Of a stretch of DNA of 64,000 bases, positions 13,301 through 26,694 are shown one piece after another. The notes under the pieces are model-generated. The model had not been told where the DNA came from. It saw only the letters and a list, made by a program, of their open reading frames with translations, and searched no databases. The stretch lies in the NCBI GenBank assembly GCA_951406725.2, contig OX597827.1:1550001-1614000 (forward strand), written 5' to 3'. The translations under genes were made by a program, and so were the position numbers. How positions within the stretch are numbered: the stretch's first letter is position 1; each line of letters begins with the position of its first letter. Origin of the DNA: Octopus vulgaris. Its lineage: Eukaryota.

Positions 13301-14865
13301 AACAACACTAGTCCTGCATCTACCTCGCCCACCACCTCTTCACAGAAAACACATTGCATACGGTGGTGAGGATGGTGGTTTTGGAGGTGTGGACACACAG
13401 ACACACACACACACACAGAGTCATCTACAGATATTTCTATATGTACACACATACATCAACATATGCACATACATCCACACACAGACATGCACATAGTGGC
13501 ATTGGTACACAAAATGCACACACACAGATGCACATATTTATACATTGCTTTATATATATATATATACACACACACATGTATGCATACTCATAGACATGCA
13601 CTTACACACACACTGACACATACATATACACACATATATACACTGTTACACACTCATACACTTTCTTACACACATGCACACACACATATTCATACACAGA
13701 TATCTACATACACACACATCCATTCTCAACATGCACATACACACACATGCATTAATACACGCACATATGCAAACACACACATATACACACACACACACAC
13801 ACATACATATGCAAACACACATGCACATATGCATGCATGAACACACATACAAAATCCACCAGATCTCCTCTTTCCACAGTCTTTATTCAGATTGATTGGC
13901 AACCAATCAAATTGCACAATTTAATTGGCAGATCAGTTTTTATCCTTCCGCCCCACTTGAAAAACTACCAATCCATCCCCCTGCACCATCGCTACCCATA
14001 TCTCATGCCCCCCATTATCACCACCACCACCACCACCACCACCACCACTGCCGCCACCACCACCATCACCAACAGTCACCACAGACAGTTCGATATAGTG
14101 ACACAATCTATCAATCATATCATATAAGATAGGGCTCATTGTATGTTGTGCCGAGTGGAATAACCATTATTTTTGTATATTCTTTATATATGATATCAGT
14201 CTGTCTGTGTGTATGCGTGGTGCCTGTTTCTTTGTGTACACACACACACGCTCTCACACACACATACACGCATTTATATATTATTTTATATATATGTATA
14301 CATATTTATATAGGCACAGGCAAGGTTGTGTGGTAAGAAGCTTGCTTCTCAACCACATGATTCCTGGTTCAGTCCAACTGTGTGGCACCTGAGGCAATTG
14401 TCTTCTACTATACTTTTGGGCCTGACCAAAACCTTGTGATTGGATTTGGTAGACAGAAACTGAAAGAAGCCTGTCATGTATATATATATATATATATAAA
14501 CAGAGAGAGAGAGAGCAATAACAAAATGAAAGGGATCAATAGGTGGTATTCATCAACTTTTACACATTATATTATGTCTGTTTATTTATTTACTAAAATG
14601 ACAATTACAACAATATACATACATGTATAACATACTATGCTTTACATACATAATATATAAAATATATAAAGATACCAGTAATTATTAAAATATATAACAT
14701 GCAGTAATAGAAATTGGGAAAATATCTTACAGCTGTTTCAGCCAAGAGGCAAAAATGCCTCATTACACACACACACACACACACACATTTTGTTCTTGGT
14801 ATAAAAGGTGTATGTATGAAAAGAATTAAAAGTAATGCTGTACCATTTCATAATAATTCTTGTTG

Positions 14866-14896
<31 letters not shown>

Positions 14897-14959
14897 TATA
14901 TACATACATTCATATATATATAAATATATATATCTATATATATGCATATATATATATAT

Positions 14960-15153
14960 TGACAATTTCTCCTCCTTCTTTGGACTTCTCCCTTTCTCTT
15001 TTCCAATGAAGAGCTATGCTCGAAACATTAAACTCTCTCCTTTCACCAAGCATCAAGCTAATATACTTCTTGTGTAAGTCCTCACATTCACTGTTTTCCT
15101 TCTCTTTTCACTTTTTAATCCATTTATTTGAATTATTTGTTTATTTGAACTGA

Positions 15154-15155
<2 letters not shown>
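14960..15155 (+). mobile_element. PLE-derived fragment (family H1) with decayed HHR at 14999-15033
   Basis: ttt-CCAATGA-a-GAGC-tat-GCTC-GAAAC-ATT-aaac. Tail aligns by eye with the reverse complement of 1698-1800. Confidence 0.6.
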
Positions 15156-15196
<41 letters not shown>

Positions 15197-15199
<3 letters not shown>

Positions 15200-15472
15200 G
15201 TATTTCGTTTAGGCATTACAAGACCAATAACCCAATGTAGAACTCAATATAAGTTTGTTTCAGAATGGAATGTTGACTGAGAGATGACAATGGAATATAT
15301 AATTATCTTGAGAACTTCATTAGCTTACAGCTGTTTCTGCTATAAAATGCAGAGCACTCATAGTTGAGTGCTTGGGTAACCTCTTATAGCTTCATTGGAG
15401 CCTCGAATATGAAGTACAATTTATTTGGGAAAGAATTACAATTGAGCATATATAAGGAACGGTCTCAACAAT
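15197..15472 (-). mobile_element. PLE-derived fragment with extended-stem-II HHR at 15402-15322
   Basis: ggct-CCAATGA-a-GCTATAA...(inner 8-bp hairpin agcactca/tgagtgct)...TTATAGC-a-GAAAC-AGCT-GTA-agct. Confidence 0.65.
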
Positions 15473-15974
15473 ATATGTGTGTGTGTGATGGTATATAGCT
15501 TTGTTTGTCCGCTACCACCACTTGACAACCAGCAGTGGTGTTCTTATGTCCTCATAACTTAGCAGTTTGGTAAAGTGATTAATGGAATAAATAAGAAAAA
15601 GACCAAGTATTGAGGTTGATTCAGTTGACTAAAAAAATTTTTTCAGGGCAGTCACCCCACAGCATGGCCACTGTCTAATGACTGAAACAAGTAAAAGATA
15701 GAATATAAATGATATGTATAGAAACACACACACATCCATGCACTTAGTGTGATAGCACTGCATATCACATAATGTAATTGTAAACATCCAGTTGATGCCC
15801 TTTATATACTTCTTGTGTATGTCCTCACAGAAATATACCCCGGCTGCGGAGGATGACACCAAGTAACCCAAACTGTGCCAATACTCTACTCAACACTTCA
15901 ACACACTAATTGATATATACCCATTAGTCCAAAATATGAAATATATATATATATATATATATATATGTTTATAT

Positions 15975-16318
15975 AAATAAGAATAAGATCGTTAATTTAA
16001 AATAAAATAATGATTTTATCAAGTGGCCAGCATGGAAAAAATAACCTTCAAAGGTAATAATTATTAAAATTATAAATTAGGGTATCTACAAGATACCACC
16101 ACGCTGAAAATAGCAGCCATGATCTCACTCTAAAACCACTTTAATTTTCCATATTGCAACACGATACGATTTATCCAGTAATTTTTTACTAGTTTCATCT
16201 TGTCTCTTCGTTTTCTCTCCATGTTGCAATATGGAAAATTAAAGTGGTTTTAGAGTCAGATCATGGCTGCTATTTTCAGCATGGTGGTATCTCGTAGATA
16301 CCCTAATTTATAATTTTA
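15975..16318 (-). mobile_element. Fold-back PLE-type element: 99-bp arms 16065-16163 and 16220-16318, 56-nt spacer, left overhang
   Basis: Four mismatches, three of CpG type. The spacer holds the minus-strand HHR half GAAAC-TA-GTA (16196-16187). Tail homologous to 53990-54135. Confidence 0.8.
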
Positions 16319-16334
16319 TATATATTTATATATA

Positions 16335-16735
16335 GGTGTAGGCGTGGCAGTGTGATAAGAAGCTTGCTTCTGAACCACATGGTTCAGGGTTCATTCCCAC
16401 TGCATGACACGAGTAAATGTCTTCTACTTTAGCCATGGGCTTACCAAAAGCCTTGTGTGTGGATTTGGTAGACGGAAACTGAAAGAAGCCCATCGTATAT
16501 GTATATGTTTGAGTGTTTGTGTCTGCGTTTATCCCCCTGCCGTTGCTTGACAACCGATGTTGGTGTGTTTACATGCCTGTAACATAGCGGTTTGGCAAAA
16601 AAGATTGATAGAATAAGTACCAGGCTTGCAAAGAATAAATCCAGAGATTGACTTCTTTGACTAATAGGCAGTGTTCCAGCATGGCCACAGTCAAAATGAC
16701 TGAAACAAGTAACAGAATAGAAGAATAAAAGAATA
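16335..16735 (+). mobile_element. Family A SINE, full length
   Basis: Same head and tail as the 6484 copy. Confidence 0.85.
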
Positions 16736-16754
16736 TATATATGTATATATATAT

Positions 16755-17277
16755 ATATATATGAAAAAACAAGTCAAAAATAGAAAATGCTAAAATAATT
16801 TTATAGTGAACATTTCAGTACCGGTTTCGGTCATTTTGAGACCTTTTCAACTGTAACGATTAAATAATTAAATTTAGAAAAATTAGAAGAAAATTTTTTT
16901 AAAAGAATATTTCTATAGTAGTGTTCAGATTTAAGTGGCATTCTGCCTTTCTCTGACTCCCTTGTTTGCACTTGTGTGTCGGAGGTCGTTGTGAGTTCTT
17001 GGAAGGGTACTCACAACGACCTCCGACACACAAGTGCAAACAAGGGAGTCAGAGAAAGGCAGAATGCCACTTAAATCTGAACACTACTATAGAAATATTC
17101 TTTTAAAAAAACTTTTCTTCTAATTTTTCTAAATTTAATTATTTAATCGTTACAGTTGAAAAGGTCTCAAAATGACCGAAACCGGTACTGAAATGTTCAC
17201 TATAAAATTATTTTAGCATTTTCTATTTTTGACTTGTTTTTTCATATATATCAACTCGTGTGTTCCTTTTCACCCTT

Positions 17278-17278
<1 letters not shown>
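16755..17278. mobile_element. Fold-back PLE-type element: about 242-bp arms (16755-16996 and 17009-17251), 12-nt loop, 27-nt overhang, HHR in each arm
   Basis: Arms differ only by a 1-nt indel as read by eye. Flanked by (TA)n. A diverged single-arm homolog lies at 57020-57252. Confidence 0.9.
17153..17190 (+). ncRNA. Minimal type I hammerhead ribozyme, U3-A8 core variant (mirror copy 16853-16816 on minus)
   Basis: cag-TTGAAAA-GGTC-tcaaaat-GACC-GAAA-CCG-GTA-ctg. Stems I and II pair; stem III is the palindrome ACCGGT; GUA triplet. Confidence 0.7.
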
Positions 17279-17318
<40 letters not shown>

Positions 17319-17476
17319 CATATGTATGTATACATATGTATATTTTATATATATATGCACATATATATTTGTACATATATATATATATGTACAAATATAC
17401 ATATATACACATGCATACACACACACATATACATACATATATACACACACACACATATATATACATATATATACAT

Positions 17477-17507
<31 letters not shown>

Positions 17508-17534
17508 CACATACACACACGTATGCATATATAA

Positions 17535-17785
17535 TCATGATTTCCAGTATTTTTTGGATGTATGCTTTTCCATGCCTGCTTGCTTGGATCTGATGGAATC
17601 TGTTGAGGCTGTTCTTCTATGCACAGATGCCCTTACTCTCACCTGCCTTCATCTGTTTCTAAGTAAAGTAATATTTACCCAAAGCCAGGCATGTTTTCAT
17701 GGAATATTGGAAACGATAGACATTGCTTTTGTGACAGTATGACTCATTTACAATTGTTGTACAATTTAAAGACAATGGCACAAAC
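17535..17785 (-). mobile_element. Old interspersed repeat sharing the 'ggatgcccttcct' domain and an RTE-like tail
   Basis: Similar copies at 8940-9150, 36660-36725 and, in opposite orientation, 55735-55955. Confidence 0.5.
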
Positions 17786-18577
17786 ACACACTCATCTACC
17801 TATGTGTCTGTCTGTCTGTTTGTCTCTCTCTGTCTATCCATCCATCTATGCTAGGTTTTCTAAAATGTGTCTTCTCTAGATAAGAAGCAATGAAATCATA
17901 TAAGATTATAAATGAGAATGGAAACTTAGTGAATAGCCTATAGCAAAAATATTTCATCTTTCTTCACATGTACGCTGATGCATCAAAAGTAGCAGAGTCC
18001 ACGGATCTGGTAATTATTTACTTTAATTACAAACTATTTTTTATTTATTTATTTTCATTCATACCAGATGTAAGATCAAATATTTCAATTAACAGAAGGG
18101 TGATTAATAATTAATTTGACCTGTCTTTATGCATTATTAATACTTTTGTATTTCATTTCTGGAGGGAAGAAAATGTTTGTGAGATTTCGAGTGAGATTTG
18201 TAAGGTTTCTGAAAGAATGAAGTACAATTCATACATGATTCATACATGCTCTGATGCTAGGTTCCAATAATATACTAAAAAGTAAGTCCATGGGACATTA
18301 CTATCTGTAGTCCTAGGACTCATAGGGCTGAGTACCTGGCTCCTATGAGACTGAGATCACAACATTGCATCTGCACGGGATGCCAGTCTGTCATAGGGTT
18401 GGTCATCTGCAGTTGAGTGGACTGTGGCAATGTGAAAGGAATTGTTTTGCTCAAGAGCCTAAGGCACCATTTGGTCCAGGAACAGAAACCGTAATCTTGC
18501 AATCATAAGGGAAACACCCTAACCAATAGGCCACATGTCTTCCCCAAATCTATAGATACATCTCAAATATACTCATT

Positions 18578-18638
<61 letters not shown>

Positions 18639-18757
18639 GATCTATCTATCTATCTGTCAGTCTGTCTGTCTCTCTATCTGTCTGTCTCTCTCTCTCTCTC
18701 TCTACCTACCTACCTACCTACCTACCTATCTATCTATCTATCATATCTATCTATATA

Positions 18758-18823
<66 letters not shown>

Positions 18824-19289
18824 TATACATATGTATACACACACATATACATATGTGTATATATATATATATATGTATATATATATGTGTGTGTGTGTGT
18901 GTATACATGATGGTCTTCTTTGTGTTTCTGTGTACCAAATCCACTCACAAGGCTTTGGTCAGCCTGAGGCTATAGTAGAAGACACTTACCAAGGTGCCAC
19001 ACAATGGGACTGAACCCAGAACCATGTGGTTGGTGAGAAGATATCCTTGTATAGAGTTCCACTATCATGTATCATAACTTTGATTCAAATGCCATCATAC
19101 TAAGCCAGAAAATAACTACAGTGAATAAAATTTAAAAGTGAATAAACTTGCCAGAGAATACTGATATTTAAAATTAAATAATAAGGGTAGAAATTAATAT
19201 TATTAAATGATACCAATTTGAACCAGTGGTCCGCATACGTAAAAGAACGTCAGTCCTCAGACGTTTATGTATATATATATATATATATT

Positions 19290-19720
19290 TCTGAGTTTGT
19301 AAGATTGTATATAGAAGAATATATTAAGCAATGTAATTCCAACCTGGTCTGATTTTCACATGTTATTATTTACAATTTTACAATATTGAACTAAACTAGT
19401 TCTTTCATGTGTTACACAATCACCAGGCTTATATAGTCACAGTCATGTTCTACAATTGGCTTCTGTAGTGAAATGGTTAGATTTGTCCTTTGAATACTCT
19501 CCAGCCGGCTGAATCTTACGAACTGTATTTTGACCAATCAGTAAGTGGCTTAGATGTCATGGTTTGGTAAGTGCACCAGCTAAGTTCTAACTGTATTTTG
19601 ACTACTCAGTATGTGGCTTAGGTGTCATGGTTTAGTGAATGTGCCAATTTGGTTAGCATTTACCTGCTTTTTTCAACAAGGTATTTTAATCAATTGGTAT
19701 GTGGTTATTAATAACAAGAC
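19290..19720 (-). mobile_element. PLE-derived fragment with HHR at 19430-19393 and about 67-bp internal tandem repeats
   Basis: aagc-CTGGTGA-t-TGTG-taa-CACA-t-GAAAG-AA-CTA-gttt. Repeat unit gtattttgac..gtggcttag.tgtcatggttt at 19527-19650, with a partial third copy near 19681. Homologous to 42325-42480. Confidence 0.6.
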
Positions 19721-19808
19721 CACAAGCATTCTCAAGCGCCAGACAAAAAGTTCTTAAATGTAATAATAAAATGTAGTAATGTAAATATTTTACTACAGTT
19801 TGTACACC

Positions 19809-19854
<46 letters not shown>

Positions 19855-19896
19855 CACACATATATATATTTATATATACATACACATATACATATT

Positions 19897-19945
<49 letters not shown>

Positions 19946-20007
19946 TTACATACTTACATACATACACACACACACTCTCACACATATACATGCACACACT
20001 TGTATGT

Positions 20008-20089
<82 letters not shown>

Positions 20090-20647
20090 TGCAGCAAGAG
20101 AGAGAGAAAGAAACAGAGAAAGAGAAGATAGAGGTAGATATGTGTTTTTTTTTTTGTATTTAGTAAAATGTTTCTTTTTGAATATATATTTCAATTTCCC
20201 TGTAAACTGGTACAACCTTGTGTTAAAATGGAGGGTTAAAATTAAAAGGAATTTATGAAACAGTTCCATTTTTGTGACTTTTAATGTATTATTTTTTTAT
20301 TTTTATTTTTTAAATTCAATTTGGAACAACAATAAAACAAACAAATAAATGTAAACATAAATGTAGAAATATCACAAATTTAATTACAGCAAAAAACTAA
20401 GAAAAAAAAAAATTCAACAGAAAACCAACAAAGTCAGCCACATATTCCTGTGCTTGTGATCATTGCACCTGCACTGAGTTGTTAAATTACTAGAAACAGC
20501 AGTCAAAAATTTTTTAAATCACATCTTACTTAAACAAAATATAGACATTCTGAGTATACAGGTGATCATAGGTTTGTTTGGATAGGATTTACCTGGGTTG
20601 AACAACAACGACAACAACAGAAAAGAGAGGAACAACCTATTACTCAC

Positions 20648-23044
20648 CTGGTGTATTTCTTGTCGTTCTGGCTGAGGTTGAATTCCCTTCCATTGGTCAT
20701 CTGATTTATAGGTCGAATGAGATTCTCTTCTCAACAAAGTGGCTAATGAGTTCCTATGGCTGCCGAGATCTGTTACTATGGGAACAGGTATGTCATATTT
20801 AGGGGACATCTGTTTGCAGACCAATTCAGATTGTTTGCTTTCACCTAAGAACTTATTCGAAGGGTCTTCTCCATCACAGTACTGAATGTTCCTTTGGCTG
20901 TTCCTCCTGATTAAACAGACTGCGATGGAGACTACAATTGCCATTGACACTATGACGGCAGCAACGACTATGATGATAACCAAGTTGATATGAATCATCT
21001 TGTCTGACTGCACATCAACTCTAGTGAACATTCTAGATGTTTTGTTACTAACCGTCAGTGTCAAAGACAGTGTTGTTGTCGCTGACAAAACTGGTGTGCC
21101 GCTGTCTTTGACAGCAAACTGGAGAATGTAAGACCCTGCATCATTTTGGTAAACAATGCGAGAGAAAGACAGAGCTCCTGAGAATGGATTGATTGTAAAC
21201 AGTTGTTTCTCATTACCTCCAAGTATTTCGTACCTGAGGAAGGCATTTTCACGACTGTCTCGGTCAGAAGCTCTCAAGACTGTGATGTCGTTTTTACTCT
21301 GGGGGTGGTGGTGGACATCTAAACTAAAGGGGTCAACACTAGGGAATGTAAAATAGGGAGCATTGTCATTTTCATCCATAACTTCGACGATTACATCTGC
21401 TGTGTTGTTTAGGGATGGGTCCCCATTGTCTTTGACTAAAATCTTAAATTTGTAAATATCTTGCTGTTCATGATCCAGCGACTGGGTTGTAGATATAAAC
21501 CCAAAATTAGAAATTTTAAATGGGAGCATTCCCTCATTATCATTGAGAATAAAATAGGATAATTGGCCTCCTGACCCCAGGTCAGGGTCAGTGGCATTTA
21601 TAAAACCAACTGGGAAGTTTGGCTTTTCATTCTCGTAAGTTAGGAATTTAAATACATCTTTGGTAAATCGTGGTCGTACGTCATTGACATCCATCACTTG
21701 TATTGAGAAATTCCTTACTGTCTGCAGAGGAGGAGATCCTTCATCTGTACAAACAATTTTAAACTCAAAATGTCTTTTAGATTCTCGATCTACTTTGTTT
21801 TTAATCACTGCCTTATATTTCCTCCTTCCGAGACTCTGTAACTGGAATTTATCATGGTTCAGTTCACAGCTAACCTCACCATTCCGACCCATATCGTTAT
21901 CAATCACTTTAACATATGCTATAAAACTACCTATTTCTAGCCCCTCTGAGATTGTTGCTGTATTTCCTTTAGATTTGGAAACAAACTTTACATCTATTTT
22001 GGGGGCATTGTTCTGTTGATTGATTACATTTACAACAACTACAGCAGTGGAAGTTAAAGGTGGATTCCCACTATCTTGGGCATCAATTAATAATTGATAT
22101 GTTTGTCTTTTATCGAAGGGGAAATTTTCTCCTAAAAACACCTCCCCTGTTTTACTATTCACTTGAAAATATGATTTTGCAACATCTGATGTTTTTGAGT
22201 TAAATTTATAAGAAATCTGTTTATTTTCTTTTGAATCTATATCCGTGGCTGATAATGAAACAATTGGCATATCTCTCCGGTGTGATTTTTTAATAGATAT
22301 GTTGTAAAGTTTCTGAGAAAAAACTGGTGGGTTATCATTTTCATCTGTAACAAACACTTGAACATTCAAGATACTATGTTGCGATGGAGAACCTCCATCT
22401 TTGGCAATAACTTGCAACTGGTAGCTATCTTTCACTTCCCGATCGAGTTTTTCTTTCGAAATAATCTCAAGCTTTGCCAGATTATCCTCTTTCTTAGAAG
22501 CCAGCAGCATGAATGGATCGTTCAAGTTTTTTAGCTGGTATGTGATTTGCGAATTCAAACTCCCGACGTCTTTGTCAATGGCATTGGGAATAAGTCTTCT
22601 GGTTCCTTTACTGAAATCTTCCGATAGTTTTATCTCAACTCGATCTTGAGGAAATTCTGGCTTGTGATCATTCACATCCACAATTATCACCCGCACTTCT
22701 AATATCTTAAGAAACGACTGTTTATGTTGTACAGCAATTTCCAGCATGTTGAAGCACTTAGTGTTGTATTTGCAAAGAGTTTCTGCATCTAACGTCTGTG
22801 CAGTGTACAGCTTGCCAGTCTTTGATACGTTGAACAATTGTGATTGGCTTGCCGTGCTCTCTTGCAAAAGACTAAAGGTAATAAGATGATGTTCCTTAGG
22901 GGGAAAACTTTCGAGAAGATGCGTGTCGGCGGCAATGTCTCCTACATACGTACCTGGCACCTGACCTTCTTCTACATGGTAGGTGAGGTCAACCCCCAGG
23001 GAAGTATGGAATAAAAGCAGTAATGCTATAATTATCATCCACAT
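20648..23044 (-). CDS. Protocadherin (coleoid-type, 6 EC repeats): large coding exon of 799 codons ending at a phase-0 splice donor
   Basis: Signal peptide MWMIIIALLLLFHTSLG. Cadherin motifs: LDAETLC-X5-C, DVNDHKPEF, LDRE, DENDNPPVF, DVNDVRPRF, LDHE, DENDNAPYF, AxDxG. TM segment LVIIIVVAAVIVSMAIVVSIAVCLI. Donor CAG|GTGAGT at 20648/20647; the last 42 aa of the 841-aa ORF are intron read-through. Confidence 0.95.
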
Positions 23045-23230
23045 CCTTTCTATGCTCTGTTATTTCTTCTCCAATTTCCAACTCAAAAAAAAAAAAAAAA
23101 AGATGCTAGCATGTAGCGTTTGTGTCTTCAGTAACAATGTCTTTGATCCGAAAGAGATGTGTGTTCATCGTTTAAAACTCTGAAAGTAACAAGAAAGAAC
23201 AATAAAAAATAAGAAGAAGAAATATATAGA
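23045..23230 (-). promoter_or_regulatory. Splice acceptor and 5'UTR part of the protocadherin exon
   Basis: Minus strand reads tttcttcttcttattttttattgttctttcttgttactttCAG|AGTTTT, exon starting at 23179, 135 nt before the ATG. This implies an upstream non-coding exon. Confidence 0.65.
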
Positions 23231-23955
23231 ATAATATGAAGAAGCAACTACAAATCTAAAGAGAGAGAGAGAGAGAGAGAGAGAAGGAGAAAGAAAGTGA
23301 GAGAAAGAGAGATAGAGGGAGAGAGGGAGGAACATAAGAGCAGCAAGAAAGAGTGAGAGAATGAAAGAAAGAAAAAAGGGGGAAGTAAGAAAGAAGAGAT
23401 AGAAAAGAAGCAAGAAGGTTATGTGTGAGGGAGGGGGAGGAAGAAAGATGGAAAAATAGAAGGAGAATAAGAAAGAGAGTAAGAAAGACATAAAGAAAGA
23501 ACGAAGAAATGGCAGTAAGAAAAGGATAGCGCAAGAAAGAATGAATATTTTTCCTGCAAGCGAATTCTGACATTTAGTATAATGCAATTTATTGCACAAT
23601 TTAGCGCAGAAATACAACTTCTGTGTCGAACAGTTTCCGAGACAATTAAATCAAGAATCATTTTATTCTCTCTTCGTGCTAGCTATGTTAACACCAATCT
23701 TAGCACCAGGGATGGTAATCTTGCAGTATTTAAGGTATACTTTTCCTTAGATGCACAAACACTCAGCAGAAAAAGCTTCCAACCCTCTCCCCACCATCAC
23801 CCTCCCCCCACCACCGTTTCCCACCGCCACCCATTCACAATTCCTAACCAAAATTGCACTTAATTGGAACTTTCAAAAATACCTGTCAGAATATCAAACA
23901 AAAGCAATTGTTTGTTGTGAAGCAGAGAATATAGAGGCATTGTGCGAGTGAACTT

Positions 23956-24004
<49 letters not shown>

Positions 24005-24051
24005 CACATATATATTATATAAATATATTCATATATGTGTGTGTGTGAGTA

Positions 24052-24093
<42 letters not shown>

Positions 24094-24153
24094 TAGATAT
24101 ATGTATATATATGCGTGTGTGTATAGATATATATATATGCATATATCTGTGAG

Positions 24154-24212
<59 letters not shown>

Positions 24213-25328
24213 GCATATATATATATATGTATATGCATATATATATATGTATATATATGTATATACATATATATACATATATATTTATATGTATATGTAT
24301 ATATATGTATATATATATATATATATATAGATGCATAGATACATACATATATGTATGTATATATATATATATACAAACACACACACACGCACAAACACAC
24401 ACACACACACACACATATATAAAAGTGTCTGCATTTGTATCTGTGGTAATAGTAACAATTGTAATGTTGGCAATGGCGATGGTGGTAGTGTGGGAAAATG
24501 GCAGTGGTGTAGGTGAAGGTGGTGGGCAGTATTTGTTGGTCATCGTTGTTGCCGTGGTGTTGGGCAGTGGATGGCGGTAGTTGCATCTCAGAGTGTTGTG
24601 GGTGTGCAGTGGCCATGTGGAGGCGTGATGTTGGCAATAGTCGTGATAAAGAGCAGCTATTCTTTTATTGAACTGGGCCCTCTCTTATATATCTGCAGAA
24701 ATCCTGTTGGAGGTGAGCTGGGGGGACAAGAGGGAAAAAAAAGGGTGGGTGTGAGAGATAAAGAGAGGGAGAGAGAGGAAAAGAAAAGGGGCGAGTGGAG
24801 GTGGTAGAGAAATGAGGTGTAGGGATACAGTAAACCTAGAAATGATTTCCAAATAACCCCTAATATTACATCTAACCAGCAAGCAAAGATCTTTCTCTTC
24901 TTAACCTCTTGCAATGGCTCACCCCTGCATTACACACACACACACTGATATATGGAGACTCACTTAGAGATGCACACACAACATATACATACACACACAC
25001 ACACAAACACACACACACATACATAGAGACTCACACAGACACACATACATACACATGTACTAATACATAGACTCACATATATACAGACTTATACATATAC
25101 ACTAACATATACTCATATATGTACATGGAGACATACACATACACACATACACATACATGCATTCACATACATATAGACTTATACAAAGGGACACACGTGT
25201 ATACATACATATAAAGAGACAAATAGAGATACATACCCACACACTGACAAGCAGACACATATACACACATGCACATACATAAACAAACATATACATTAAC
25301 ACATAGTCACTTACACACAGACTCACTA

Positions 25329-25362
<34 letters not shown>

Positions 25363-25800
25363 GCATCAGCATTTATATATTCCAATAAATACAAACCACA
25401 TACATACATACATACATACATACATACATACATACATACACACACACATACATACATACATACATACATACATACATACATACATACATACATACATACA
25501 TACATACATACATACGTACATACATACATCTACACATTGATACACAATATTGTACACAATGTAAAAAGGGCAACCAATAACAATGACAACAATAAAAACA
25601 ACAAAAGCCCCTAAAATGACCCCCAAGAGATGCCAAGAAAGCCTTCATTGTCTGAGATTATTGCAATTTGGAATCTATATAAGAAGTATTTATAATTCTT
25701 TCACAGCATAAGTGTCTCTTTCTTAGGCAAGCTCTTGCAAAAATGTATATATTCATACACAGTGTTGCAAGTGTGCATGTGTGTATATGTGTGTATGTAA

Positions 25801-25837
<37 letters not shown>

Positions 25838-26507
25838 AGTGTGTATACACATAACAAACACATCCATACATACATACATATATACATACACACACACACA
25901 CATATATGTATGTATATATATATATATGATGTACATTGAAAACGCATATAACTATATATATCATCATCATCATCATCACCATCGTTTCACATCCGTTTTC
26001 TATGCTGGCATGGGTTGGATGGTGTGACTGGGGACTGGCAAGCCAGGAGGCTCCTCCAGGTTCCAGTATAATCTGGTAAGGTTTCTATTGCTAGATGCCC
26101 TTCCTAATGCCAACCCCTCTGAGATTGTAGTGGGTGCTTTTTATGTGCCACTGTCATGGGAGCCAGTGAGGTGGCACTGGCATCAACCATATTCAGATGG
26201 TGCTTTTTACATGTCTAGACATGCAACTACATGAGGAAACACACATGAGACAAAACATGCAAATCTGCACATATATGACTTCTTTCCGTTATTTGACTGC
26301 CACCATGCTGGAGCATCGTCTTCAAGTGGTTTTTAGTTGAAGAAATCACTCCCAGAGCAGATCCTTTCTAAACTTAGAACTTATTCTGTTAGTCTCTTTG
26401 GAAACACATCAACATTGGTTGTCAAGCAATGGTAGCAGGACAACAAACACAGACACAAAGGCACACACAAGCACATAAATATTTATATATATGCAATAAT
26501 ATTAATG

Positions 26508-26574
<67 letters not shown>

Positions 26575-26584
26575 TGATGATGAC

Positions 26585-26644
<60 letters not shown>

Positions 26645-26651
26645 AATAATG

Positions 26652-26694
<43 letters not shown>

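Larger units (their letters stand above)
14312..15705 (+). mobile_element. Family A SINE halves (14312-14480 and 15500-15705) separated by about 1 kb of nested inserts
   Basis: Left and right halves in the correct order and orientation around three HHR-bearing fragments. Confidence 0.55.

Noticed and set aside
20519-20647. Last 42 aa of the 841-aa ORF as a true C-terminus
   Set aside because: It follows a consensus donor CAG|GTGAGT and runs through repeat-like sequence.
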